Part shown: positions 38,301 through 51,900 of the stretch, piece by piece
How the letters are laid out: each line of letters starts with the position of its first letter
How positions within the stretch are numbered: the first letter of the stretch is position 1
NCBI GenBank assembly: GCA_964016885.1
Contig: OZ024742.1
Span: 165,230,001 to 165,294,000, forward strand
Origin: Eledone cirrhosa
Lineage: Eukaryota
DNA length: 64,000 bases
Direction of reading: 5' to 3'
Notes under the pieces: generated by a model
What the model was told of the DNA's origin: nothing
Databases searched by the model: none
What the model saw: only the letters and a program-made list of their open reading frames with translations
Program-made: the position numbers and the translations under genes

Positions 38301-41300
38301 ATTATCTCCCCCTGATTTTTTTTTACAAATTATCTCCCCCTGATTTTTTTTTACAAATTATCTCCCCCTGATTTTTTTTTACAAATTATCTCACCCTGAT
38401 TTTTTTTACAAATTATCTCTCCCTGATTTTTTTACAAATTATCTCCCCTTGGCTGGCTGGAAATTATCTCCCCTTGGAGGCTGGAAATTATCTCCCCTTG
38501 GACAGCTGGAAATTATCTGCCCTTGATTTTGTTTTTACAAATTATCTCCCCCTGATTTTTTAAAAAATTATCTTCCCTTGGACGGCTGGAAATTATCTCC
38601 CCTTGATTTTTTTACAAATTATCTCCCCCTGATTTTTTTTACAAATTATCTCCCCCTGATTTTATGATACAAATTATCTCCCCCTGATTTTTTTTTACAA
38701 ATTATCTCCCCCTGATTTTATGTTACAAATTATCTCCCCCTGATTTTTTTACAAATTATCTCCCCCTGATTTTTTTTACAAATTATCTCCGCCTGATTTT
38801 TTTAAATATTATCTTCCCTTGGCTGGCGGGAAATTATCTCCCCTTGGACGGCTGGAAATTATCTCCCCTTGATTTTTTTTACAAATTATCTCCCCCTGAT
38901 TTTTTTTTACAAATTATCTCCCCCTGATTTTTTTTTACAAATTATCTCCCCCTGATTTTTTTTTACAAATTATCTCCCCCTGATTTTTTTTTACAAATCT
39001 CCCCCTGATTTTTTTATAAATTATCTCCCCTTGGCTGGCTGGAAATTATCTCCCCTTGGAGGCTGGAATTTATCTCCCCTTGGACGGCTAGAAATTACCT
39101 CTCCTTGGATGGCTGGAAAATATGTCTCCTTGGACGGCTGGATATTATCTACCCTTGGACGGCTGGAAATTATCTCCCCTTGGACGGCTGGAAATTATCT
39201 CCCCTTGGACGGCTAGATATTACCTCCCATTGGACGGCTGGAAATTATCTACCCTTGATTTTTTTTACAAATTATCTCCCCCTGATTTTTTTTTACGAAT
39301 TATCTCCCCCTGATTTTTTTTTACAAATTATCTCCGCCTGATTTTTTTTTAAAAATTATCTCCCCTTGAACGGCTGGAAATTATCTCCCCTTGGACGGCT
39401 GGAAATTATCTCCCCTTGGACGGCTAGAAATTACCTCTCCTTGGACGGCTGAAAATTATCTCCCCTTGGACGGCTGCAAATTATCTCCCCTTGATTTTTT
39501 TAACAAATTATCTCCCCCTGATTTTTTTTTACAAATTATCTCCCCCTGATTTTTTTTACAAATTATCTACGCCTAATTTTTTTTACAAATTATCTCCCCC
39601 TGATTTTTTTTTACAAATTATCTCCCCCTGATTTTTTTTACAAATTATCTCCCCTTGGCTGGCTGGAAATTATCTCCCCTTGGAGGCTGGAATTTATCTC
39701 CCCTTGGACGGTTAGAAATTACCTCTCCTTGGACTGCTGGAAAATATGTCTCCTTGGACGGCTGGAAATTATCTCCCCTTGGACGGCTGGAAATTATCTC
39801 CCCTTGGACGGCTGGAAATTATCTCTCCTCGGACGACTAGAAATTACCTCTCCTTGGACAGCTGAAAATTATCTCCCCTTGGACGGCTGGAAATTATCTC
39901 CCCCTGATTTTTTTTTACAAATTATCTCCCCCTGATTTTTTTTACAAATTATCTCCCCCTGATATTTTTTACAAATTATCTCCCCCTGATTTTTTTACAA
40001 ATTATCTCCCCTTGGCTGGCTGGAAATTATCTACCCTTGGAGGCTGGAATTTATCTCCCCTTGGACGGCTAGAAATTACCTCGCCTTGGACGGCTGGAAA
40101 ATATGTCTCCTTGGACGGCTGGAAATTATCTCCCCTTGGACGGCTGGAAATTATCTCCCCTTGGACGGCTGGAAATTATCTCCCCTTGGACGGCTAGATA
40201 TTACCTCCCCTTGGACGGCTGGAAATTATCTCCCCTTGATTTTTTTTACAAATTATCTCCCCCTGATTTTTTTTTACAAATTATCTCCCCCTGATTTTTT
40301 TTTACGAAGTATCTCCCCCTGATTTTTTTTTACAAATTATCTCCGCCTGATTTTTTTTTAAAAATTATCTCCCCTTGAACGGCTGGAAATTATCTCCCCT
40401 TGGACGGCTGGAAATTATCTCCCCTTGGACGGCTAGAAATTACCTCTCCTTGGACGGCTGAAAATTATCTCCCATTGGACGGCTGCAAATTATCTCCCCT
40501 TGATTTTTTAACAAATTATCTCCCCCTGATTTTTTTTTACAAATTATCTCCCCCTGATTTTTTTTTACAAATTATCTACGCCTAATTTTTTTTACAAATT
40601 ATCTCCCCCTGATTTTTTTTTACAAATTATCTCCCCCTGATTTTTTTTACAAATTATCTCCCCCTGATTTTTTTTTACAAATTATTTCCCCCTGATTTTT
40701 TTACAAATTATCTCCCCCCTGATTTTTTTTACAATCTCCGCCTGATTTTTTTAAAAATTATCTTCCCTTGGCTGGCGGGAAATTATCTCCCCTTGGACGG
40801 CTGGAAATTATATCCCCTTGGAAGGATGGAAATTATCTCCCCTTGGACGGCTGGAAATTATCTCCCCTTGGACGGCTGGAAATTATCTCCCCTTGGACAG
40901 CTGGAAATTATCTGTCCTTGATTTTGTTTTTACAAATTATCTCCCCCTGATTTTTTTTACAAATTATCTCCACCTGATTTTTTAAAAAATTATCTCCCCT
41001 TGGACGGCTGGAAATTATCTCCCCTTGATTTTTTTTACAAATTATCTCCCCCTGATTTTTTTTTACAAATTATCTCCCCCTGATTTTTTTTTACAAATTA
41101 TCTCCCCCTGATTTTTTTTTACAAATTATCTCACCCTGATTTTTTTACAAATTATCTCCCCTTGGCTGGCTGGAAATTATCTCCCCTTGGAGGCTGGAAT
41201 TTATCTCCCCTTGGACGGCTAGAAATTACCTCTCCTTGGACGGCTGGAAAATATGTCTCCTTGGACGGCTGGATATTATCTACCCGTGGACGGCTGGAAA

Positions 41301-42010
41301 TTATCTCCCCTTGGACGGCTGGAAATTATCTCCTCTTGGACGGCTAGATATTACCTCCCCTTGGACGGCTGGAAATTATCTCCCCTTGATTTTTTTACAA
41401 ATTATCTCCCCCTGATTTTTTTACAAATTATCTCCCCCTGATTTTTTTTACAAATTATCTCCGCCTAATTTTTTTAAATATTATCTTCCCTTGGCTGGCG
41501 GGAAATTATCTCCCCTTGGACGGCTGAAAATTATCTCCCCTTGGACGGCTGGAAATTATCTCCCCTTGATTTTTTTTACAAATTATCTCCCCCTGATTTT
41601 TTTTTACAAATTATCTCCCCCTGATTTTTTTTACAAATTATCTCCCCCTGATTTTTTTACAAATTATCTCCCCTTGGCTGGCTGGAAATTATCTCCCCTT
41701 GGAGGCTGGAATTTATCTCCCCTTGGACGGCTAGAAATTACCTCTCCTTGGAAGGCTGGAAAATATGTCCTTGGACGGCTGGATATTATCTACCCTTGGA
41801 CGGCTGGAAATTATCTCCCCTTGGACGGCTGGAAATTATCTCCCCTTGGACGGCTAGATATTACCTCCCATTGGACGGCTGGAAATTATCTCCCCTTGAT
41901 TTTTTTTACAAACTATCTCCCCCTGATTTTTTTTTACGAATTATCTCCCCCTGATTTTTTTTTACAAATTATCTCCGCCTGATTTTTTTTTTAAAATTAT
42001 CTCCCCTTGA
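29590..42010 (+). repeat. ~6.2-kb tandem duplication (2 copies, junction ~35870)
   Basis: Offsets 29619->35894 and 31880->38155 (6275), 32812->39031 (6219), 34603->40768 (6165) and 35353->41491 (6138). Private variants AAATTAAAACCCCC (~30227, ~36502), TACCCGTGG and GAAGTATC are shared by both copies. Confidence 0.9.
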
Positions 42011-45000
42011 ACGGCTGGAAATTATCTCCCCTTGGACGGCTGGAAATTATCTCCCCTTGGACGGCTAGAAATTACCTCTCCTTGGACGGCTGAAAATTAT
42101 CTCCCCTTGGACGGCTGCAAATTATCTCCCCTTGATTTTTTTAACAAATTATCTCCCCCTGATTTTTTTTTACAAATTATCTCCCCCTGATTTTTTTTTA
42201 CAAATTATCTACGCCTAATTTTTTTTACAAATTATCTCCCCCTGATTTTTTTTTACAAATTATCTCCCCCTGATTTTTTTTACAAATTATCTCCCCCTGA
42301 TTTTTTTTACAAATTATCTCCCCCTGATTTTTTTACAAATTATCTCCCCCCTGATTTTTTTTACAATCTCCGCCTGATTTTTTTAAAAATTATCTTCCCT
42401 TGGCTGGCGGGAAATTATCTCCCCTTGGACGGCTGGAAATTATATCCCCTTGGAAGGATGGAAATTATCTCCCCTTGGACGGCTGGAAATTATCTCCCCT
42501 TGGACGGCTGGAAATTACCTCCCCTTGGACAGCTGGAAATTATCTGCCCTTGATTTTGTTTTTACAAATTATCTCCCCCTGATTTTTTTTACAAATTATC
42601 TCCACCTGATTTTTTAAAAAATTATCTCCCCTTGGACGGCTGGAAATTATCTCCCCTTGGACGGCTGGAAATTATCTCCCCTTGATTTTTTTTACAAATT
42701 ATCTCCCCCTGATTTTTTTTTACAAATTATCTCCCCCTGATTTTTTTTTACAAATTATCTACCCCTGATTTTTTTTTACAAATTATCTCCCCCTGATTTT
42801 TTTTACAAATTATCTCTCCCTGATTTTTTTTTACAAATTATCTCCCCCTGATTTTTTTTTACAAATTGTCTACCCCTGATTTTTTTTTACAAATTATCTC
42901 CCCCTGATTTTTTTTACAAATTATCTCCCCCTGATTTTTTTTACAAATTATCTCCCCCTGATTTTTTTACAAATTATCTCCCCCCGATTTTTTTTACAAA
43001 TTATCTCCGCCTAATTTTTTTAAATATTATCTTCCCTTGGCTGGCGGGAAATTATCTCCCCTTGGACGGCTGAAAATTATCTCCCCTTGGACGGCTGGAA
43101 ATTATCTCCCCTTGATTTTTTTACAAATTATCTCCCCCTGATTATTTTTTACAAATTATCTCCCCCTGATTTTTTTTTACAAATTATCTCCCTCTGATTT
43201 TTTTTACAAATTATCTCCCCTTGGCTGGCTGGAAATTATCTCCCCTTGGAGGCTGGAATTTATCTCCACTTGGACGGTTAGAAATTACCTCTCCTTGGAC
43301 TGCTGGAAAATATGTCTCCTTGGACGGCTGGAAATTATCTCCCCTTGGACGGCTGGAAATTATCTCCCCTTGGACGGCTGGAAATTATCTCTCCTCGGAC
43401 GACTAGAAATTACCTCTCCTTGGACAGCTGAAAATTATCTCCCCTTGGACGGCTGGAAATTATCTCCCCTTGATTTTTTTTACAAATTATCTCCCCCCGA
43501 TTTTTTTTTACAAATTATCTCCCCCTGATTTTTTTTTACAAATTATCTCCCCCTGATTTTTTTTACAAATTATCTCCCCCTGATATTTTTTACAAATTAT
43601 CTCCCCCTGATTTTTTTACAAATTATCTCCCCTTGGCTGGCTGGAAATTATCTCCCCTTGGAGGCTGGAATTTATCTCCCCTTGGACGGCTAGAAATTAC
43701 CTCGCCTTGGACGGCTGGAAAATATGTCTCCTTGGACGGCTGGAAATTATCTCCCCTTGGACGGCTGGAAATTATCTCCCCTTGGACGGCTGGAAATTAT
43801 CTCCCCTTGGACGGCTAGATATTACCTCCCCTTGGACGGCTGGAAATTATCTCCCCTTGATTTTTTTTACAAATTACCTCCCCCTGATTTTTTTTTACAA
43901 ATTATCTCCCCCTGATTTTTTTTTACGAATTATCTCCCCCTGATTTTTTTTTACAAATTATCTCCGCCTGATTTTTTTTTTAAAATTATCTCCCCTTGAA
44001 CGGCTGGAAATTATCTCCCCTTGGACGGCTGGAAATTATCTCCCCTTGGACGGCTAGAAATTACCTCTCCTTGGACGGCTGAAAATTATCTCCCCTTGGA
44101 CGGCTGCAAATTATCTCCCCTTGATTTTTTTAACAAATTATCTCCCCCTGATTTTTTTTTACAAATTATCTCCCCCTGATTTTTTTTTACAAATTATCTA
44201 CGCCTAATTTTTTTTACAAATTATCTCCCCCTGATTTTTTTTTACAAATTATCTCCCCCTGATTTTTTTTACAAATTATCTCCCCCTGATTTTTTTTACA
44301 AATTATCTCCCCCTGATTTTTTTACAAATTATCTCCCCCCTGATTTTTTTTACAATCTCCGCCTGATTTTTTTAAAAATTATCTTCCCTTGGCTGGCGGG
44401 AAATTATCTCCCCTTGGACGGCTGGAAATTATATCCCCTTGGAAGGATGGAAATTATCTCCCCTTGGACGGCTGGAAATTATCTCCCCTTGGACGGCTGG
44501 AAATTACCTCCCCTTGGACAGCTGGAAATTATCTGCCCTTGATTTTGTTTTTACAAATTATCTCCCCCTGATTTTTTTTACAAATTATCTCCACCTGATT
44601 TTTTAAAAAATTATCTCCCCTTGGACGGCTGGAAATTATCTCCCCTTGGACGGCTGGAAATTATCTCCCCTTGATTTTTTTTATAAATTATCTCCCCCTG
44701 ATTTTTTTTTACAAATTATCTCCCCCTGATTTTTTTTTACAAATTATCTACCCCTGATTTTTTTTTACAAATTATCTCCCCCTGATTTTTTTTACAAATT
44801 ATCTCTCCCTGATTTTTTTTTACAAATTATCTCCCCCTGATTTTTTTTTACAAATTATCTACCCCTGATTTTTTTTTACAAATTATCTCCCCCTGATTTT
44901 TTTTACAAATTATCTCCCCCTGATTTTTTTTACAAATTATCTCCCCCTGATTTTTTTTACAAATTATCTCCCCCCGATTTTTTTTACAAATTATCTCCGC

Positions 45001-45980
45001 CTAATTTTTTTAAATATTATCTTCCCTTGGCTGGCGGGAAATTATCTCCCCTTGGACGGCTGAAAATTATCTCCCCTTGGACGGCTGGAAATTATCTCCC
45101 CTTGATTTTTTTACAAATTATCTCCCCCTGATTATTTTTTACAAATTATCTCCCCCTGATTTTTTTTTACAAATTATCTCCCTCTGATTTTTTTTACAAA
45201 TTATCTCCCCTTGGCTGGCTGGAAATTATCTCCCCTTGGAGGCTGGAATTTATCTCCACTTGGACGGTTAGAAATTACCTCTCCTTGGACTGCTGGAAAA
45301 TATGTCTCCTTGGACGGCTGGAAATTATCTCCCCTTGGACGGCTGGAAATTATCTCCCCTTGGACGGCTGGAAATTATCTCTCCTCGGACGACTAGAAAT
45401 TACCTCTCCTTGGACAGCTGAAAATTATCTCCCCTTGGACGGCTGGAAATTATCTCCCCTTGATTTTTTTTACAAATTATCTCCCCCCGATTTTTTTTTA
45501 CAAATTATCTCCCCCTGATTTTTTTTTACAAATTATCTCCCCCTGATTTTTTTTACAAATTATCTCCCCCTGATATTTTTTACAAATTATCTCCCCCTGA
45601 TTTTTTTACAAATTATCTACCCTTGGCTGGCTGGAAATTATCTCCCCTTGGAGGCTGGAATTTATCTCCCCTTGGACGGCTAGAAATTACCTCGCCTTGG
45701 ACGGCTGGAAAATATGTCTCCTTGGACGGCTGGAAATTATCTCCCCTTGGACGGCTGGAAATTATCTCCCCTTGGACGGCTGGAAATTATCTCCCCTTGG
45801 ACGGCTAGATATTACCTCCCCTTGGACGGCTGGAAATTATCTCCCCTTGATTTTTTTTACAAATTACCTCCCCCTGATTTTTTTTTACAAATTATCTCCC
45901 CCTGATTTTTTTTTACGAATTATCTCCCCCTGATTTTTTTTTACAAATTATCTCCGCCTGATTTTTTTTTTTAAATTATC
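42000..45980 (+). repeat. ~1,990-bp tandem duplication (2 copies)
   Basis: Offsets 42400->44389 (1989), 43221->45211 and 43633->45623 (1990). Shared variant CTCCACTTGG at ~43264 and ~45254. Confidence 0.9.
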
Positions 45981-48900
45981 TCCCCTTGAACGGCTGGAAA
46001 TTATCTCCCCTTGGACGGCTGGAAATTATCTCCCCTTGGACGGCTAGAAATTACCTCTCCTTGGACGGCTGAAAATTATCTCCCCTTGGACGGCTGCAAA
46101 TTATCTCCCCTTGATTTTTTAACAAATTATCTCCCCCTGATTTTTTTTTACAAATTATCTCCCCCTGATTTTTTTTTACAAATTATCTACGCCTAATTTT
46201 TTTTACAAATTATCTCCCCCTGATTTTTTTTTACAAATTATCTCCCCCTGATTTTTTTTACAAATTATCTCCCCCTGATTTTTTTTTACAAATTATTTCC
46301 CCCTGATTTTTTTACAAATTATCTCCCCCCTGATTTTTTTTACAATCTCCGCCTGATTTTTTTAAAAATTATCTTGCCTTGGCTGGCGGGAAATTATCTC
46401 CCCTTGGACGGCTGGAAATTATATCCCCTTGGACGGCTGGAAATTACCTCCCCTTGGACAGCTGGAAATTATCTGCCCTTGATTTTGTTTTTACAAATTA
46501 TCTCCCCCTGATTTTTTTTACAAATTATCTCCACCTGATTTTTTAAAAAATTATCTCCCCTTGGACGGCTGGAAATTATCTCCCCTTGATTTTTTTACAA
46601 ATTATCTCCCCCTGATTTTTTTTACAAATTATCTCCCCCTGATTTTTTTTTACAAATTATCTCCCCCTGATTTTTTGACAAATTATCTCCCCCTGATTTT
46701 TTTTACAAATTATCTCCGCCTGATTTTTTTAAATATTATCTTCCCTTGGCTGGCGGGAAATTATCTCCCCTTGGACGGCTGAAAATTATCTCCCCTTGGA
46801 CGGCTGGAAATTATCTCCCCTTGATTTTTTTTACAAATTATCTCCCCCTGATTTTTTTTTACAAATTATCTCCCCCTGATTTTTTTTTACAAATTATCTC
46901 CCCCTGATTTTTTTTTACAAATTATCTGCCCCTGATTTTTTTTACAAATTATCTCCCCCTGATTTTTTTACAAATTATCTCCCCTTGGCTGGCTGGAAAT
47001 TATCTCCCCTTGGAGGCTGGAATTTATCTCCCCTTGGACGGCTAGAAATTACCTCTCCTTGGACGGCTGGAAAATATTTCTCCTTGGACGGCTGGATATT
47101 ATCTACCCTTGTACGGGTGGAAATTATCTCCCCTTGGACGGCTGGAAATTATCTCCCCTTGGACGGCTAGATATTACCTCCCCTTGGACGACTGGAAATT
47201 ATCTCCCCTTGATTTTTTTTACAAATTATCTCCCCCTGATTTTTTTTTTACAAATTATCTCCCCCTGATTTTTTTACAAATTATCTCCCCCTGATTTTTT
47301 TTACAAATTATCTCCGCCTGATTTTTTAAAATATTATCTTCTCTTGGCTGGCGGGAAATTATCTCCCCTTGGACGGCTGAAAATTATCTCCCCTTGGACG
47401 GCTGGAAATTATCTCCCCTTGATTTTTTTTACAAATTTTCTCCCCCTGATTTTTTTTTACAAATTATCTCCCCCTGATTTTTTTTTACAAATTATCTCCC
47501 CCTGATTTTTTTTTACAAATTATCTCCCCCTGATTTTTTTTACAAATTATCTCCCCCTGATTTTTCTACAAATTATCTCCCCTTGGCTGGCTGGAAATTA
47601 TCTCCCCTTGGACACTGTAAATTATAGCCCCTTGGAGGGCTGGAAATTATCTTACCTTGGACGGCTGGAAATTATCTCTGCTTGATTTTTTTTACAAATT
47701 ATCTCCCCCTGATTTTTTTTTACAAATTATCCCCCCCGATTTTTTTTACAAATTATCTCCCCCTGATTTTTTTTACAAATTATCTCCCCTTGGACGGCTG
47801 GAAATTATCTCCCCTTGGACGGCTGGAAATTATCTCTCCTTGGACGGCTAGAAATTACCTCTCCTTGGACGACTGAAAATTATCTCCCCTTGGACGGCTG
47901 CAAATTATCTCCCCTTGATTTCTTTTACAAATTATCTCCGCCTGATTTTTTTTTTAAAATTATCTCCCCTTGGACGGCTGGAAATTACCTCCCCTTGGAC
48001 GGCTGGAAATTATCTCCCCTTGGACGGCTAGAAATTACCTCTCATTGGACGGCTGAAAATTATCTCCCCTTGGACGGCTGGAAATTATCTCCCCTTGATT
48101 TTTTTTACAAATTATCTCCCCCTGATTTTTTTTTTACAAATTATCTCCGCCTGATTTTTTTTTTAAATTATCTCTCCTTGGACGGCTGGATATTATCTCC
48201 CCTTTCATTTTTTTTACAAATTATCTCCCCCTGATTTTTTTTTACAAATTATCTCCCCCTGATTTTTTTTTACAAATTATCTACCCCTAATTTTTTTTTA
48301 CAAATTATCTCCCCCTGATTTTTTTTACAAATTATCTCCCCCTGATTTTTTTTTTACAAATTATCTCCCCCTGATTTTTTTACAAATTATCTCCCCCTGA
48401 TTTTTTTTACAAATTATCTCCGCCTGATTTTTTTAAATATTATCTTCTCTTGGCTGGCGGGAAATTATCTCCCCTTGGACGGCTGAAAATTATCTCCCCT
48501 TGGACGGCTGGAAATTATCTCCCCTTGATTTTTTTTACAAATTATCTCCCCCTGATTTTTTTTTACAAATTATCTCCCCCTGATTTTTTTTACAAATTAT
48601 CTCCCCCTGATTTTTTTTTACAAATTATCTCCCCCTGATTTTTTTTTACAAATTATCTACCCCTGATTTTTTTTTACAAATTATCTCCCCCTGATTTTTT
48701 TTACAAATTATCTCTCCCTGATTTTTTTTTACAAATTATCTCCCCCTGATTTTTTTTTACAAATTATCTACCCCTGATTTTTTTTTTACAAATTATCTCC
48801 CCCTGATTTTTTTTACAAATTATTTCCCCCTGATTTTTTTTACAAATTATCTCCCCCTGATTTTTTTACAAATTATCTCCCCCCGATTTTTTTTACAAAT

Positions 48901-51900
48901 TATCTCCGCCTAATTTTTTTAAATATTATCTTCCCTTGGCTGGCGGGAAATTATCTCCCCTTGGACGGCTGAAAATTATCTCCCCTTGGACGGCTGGAAA
49001 TTATCTCCCCTTGATTTTTTTACAAATTATCTCCCCTTGATTATTTTTTACAAATTATCTCCCCCTGATTTTTTTTTACAAATTATCTCCCTCTGATTTT
49101 TTTTACAAATTATCTCCCCTTGGCTGGCTGGAAATTATCTCCCCTTGGAGGCTGGAATTTATCTCCCCTTGGACGGTTAGAAATTACCTCTCCTTGGACT
49201 GCTGGAAAATATGTCTCCTTGGACGGCTGGAAATTATCTCCCCTGGGACGGCTGGAAATTATCTCCCCTTGGACGGCTGGAAATTATCTCTCCTCGGACG
49301 ACTAGAAATTACCTCTCCTTGGACAGCTGAAAATTATCTCCCCTTGGACGGCTGGAAATTATCTCCCCTTGATTTTTTTTACAAATTATCTCCCTCTGAT
49401 TTTTTTTTACAAATTATCTCCCCCTGATTTTATTTTACAAATTATCTCCCCCTGATTTTTTTTACAAATTATCTGCCCCTGATATTTTTTACAAATTATC
49501 TCCCCCTGATTTTTTTTACAAATTATCTCCCCTTGGCTGGCTGGAAATTATCTCCCCTTGGAGGCTGGAATTTATCTCCCCTTGGACGGCTAGAAATTAC
49601 CTCGCCTTGGACGGCTGGAAAATATGTCTCCTTGGACGGCTGGAAATTATCTCCCCTTGGACGGCTGGAAATTATCTCCCCTTGGACGGCTAGATATTAC
49701 CTCCCCTTGGACGGCTGGAAATTATCTCCCCTTGATTTTTTTTACAAATTATCTCCCCCTGATTTTTTTTTACAAATTATCTCCCCCTGATTTTTTTTAC
49801 AAATTATCTCCCCCTGATTTTTTTACAAATTATCTCCCCCCGATTTTTTTTACAAATTATATCCGCCTAATTTTTTTAAATATTATCTTCCCTTGGCTGG
49901 CGGGAAATTATCTCCCCTTGGACTGCTGAAAATTATCTCCCCTTGGACGGCTGGAAATTATCTCCCCTTGATTTTTTTACAAATTATCTCCCCCTGATTT
50001 TTTTTACAAATTATCTCCCCCTGATATTTTTTACAAATTATCTCCCCCTGATTTTTTTACAAATTATCTCCCCTTGGCTGGCTGGAAATTATCTCCCCTT
50101 GGAGGCTGGAATTTATCTCCCCTTGGACGGCTAGAAATTACCTCCCCTTGGACGGCTGGAAATTATCTCCCCTTGGACGGCTAGATATTACCTCCCCTTG
50201 GACGGCTGGAAATTATCTCCCCTTGATTTTTTTTACAATTTATCTCCCCCTGATTTTTTTTTACAAATTATCTCCCCCTGATTTTTTTTACAAATTATCT
50301 CCCCCTGATTTTTTTACAAATTATCTCCCCTTGGCTGGCTGGAAATTATCTCCCCTTGGAGGCTGGAATTTATCTCCCCTTGGACGGCTAGAAATTACCT
50401 CTCCTTGGACGGCTGGAAAATATGTCTCCTTGGACGGCTGGATATTATCTACCCTTGGACGGCTGGAAATTATCTCCCCTTGGACGGCTGGAAATTATCT
50501 CCCCTTGGACGGCTAGATATTACCTCCCCTTGGACGGCTGGAAATTATCTCCCCTTGATTTTTTTACAAATTATCTCCCCCTGATTTTTTTTACAAATTA
50601 TCTCCGCCTAATTTTTTTAAATATTATCTTCCCTTGGCTGGCGGGAAATTATCTCCCCTTGGACGGCTGAAAATTATCTCCCCTTGGACGGCTGGAAATT
50701 ATCTCCCCTTGATTTTTTTTACAAATTATCTCCCCCTGATTTTTTTTTACAAATTATCTCCCCCTGATTTTTTTTACAAATTATCTCCCCCTGATTTTTT
50801 TACAAATTATCTCCCCTTGGCTGGCTGGAAATTATCTCCCCTTGGAGGCTGGAATTTATCTCCCCTTGGTCGGCTAGAAATTACCTCTCCTTGGACGGCT
50901 GGAAAATATGTCCTTGGACGGCTGGATATTATCTACCCTTGGACGGCTGGAAATAATCTCCCCTTGGACGGCTGGAAATTATCTCCCCTTGGACGGCTAG
51001 ATATTACCTCCCCTTGGACGGCTGGAAATTATCTCCCCTTGATTTTTTTTACAATTTATCTCCCCCTGATTTTTTTTTACAAATTATCTCCCCCTGATTT
51101 TTTTTTACGAATTATCTCCCCCTGATTTTTTTTTACAAATTATCTCCGCCTGATTTTTTTTTAAAAATTATCTCCCCTTGAACGGCTGGAAATTATCTCC
51201 CCTTGGACGGCTGGAAATTATCTCCCCTTGGACGGCTAGAAATTACCTCTCCTTGGACGGCTGAAAATTATCTCCCCTTGGACGGCTGGAAATTATCTCC
51301 CCTTGATTTTTTAACAAATTATCTCCCCCTGATTTTTTTTTACAAATTATCTCCCCCTGATTTTTTTTTACAAATTATCTCCCCCTGATTTTTTTTACAA
51401 ATTATCTCCCCCTGATTTTTTTTTACAAATTATTTCCCCCTGATTTTTTTACAAATTATCTCCCCCCTGATTTTTTTTACAATCTCCGCCTGATTTTTTA
51501 AAAAATTATCTTCCCTTGGCTGGCGGGAAATTATCTCCCCTTGGACGGCTGGAAATTATATCCCCTTGGAAGGATGGAAATTATCTCCCCTTGGACGGCT
51601 GGAAATTATCTCCCCTTGGACGGCTGGAAATTATCTCCCCTTGGACAGCTGGAAATTATCTGCCCTTGATTTTGTTTTTACAAATTATCTCCCCCTGATT
51701 TTTTTTACAAATTATCTCCACCTGATTTTTAAAAAAATTATCTCCCCTTGGACGGCTGGAAATTATCTCCCCTTGATTTTTTTACAAATTATCTCCCCTT
51801 GATTTTTTTTACAAATTATCTCCCCCTGATTTTTTTTTACAAATTATCTCCCCCTGATTTTTTTACAAATTATCTCCCCCTGATTTTTTTTACAAATTAT

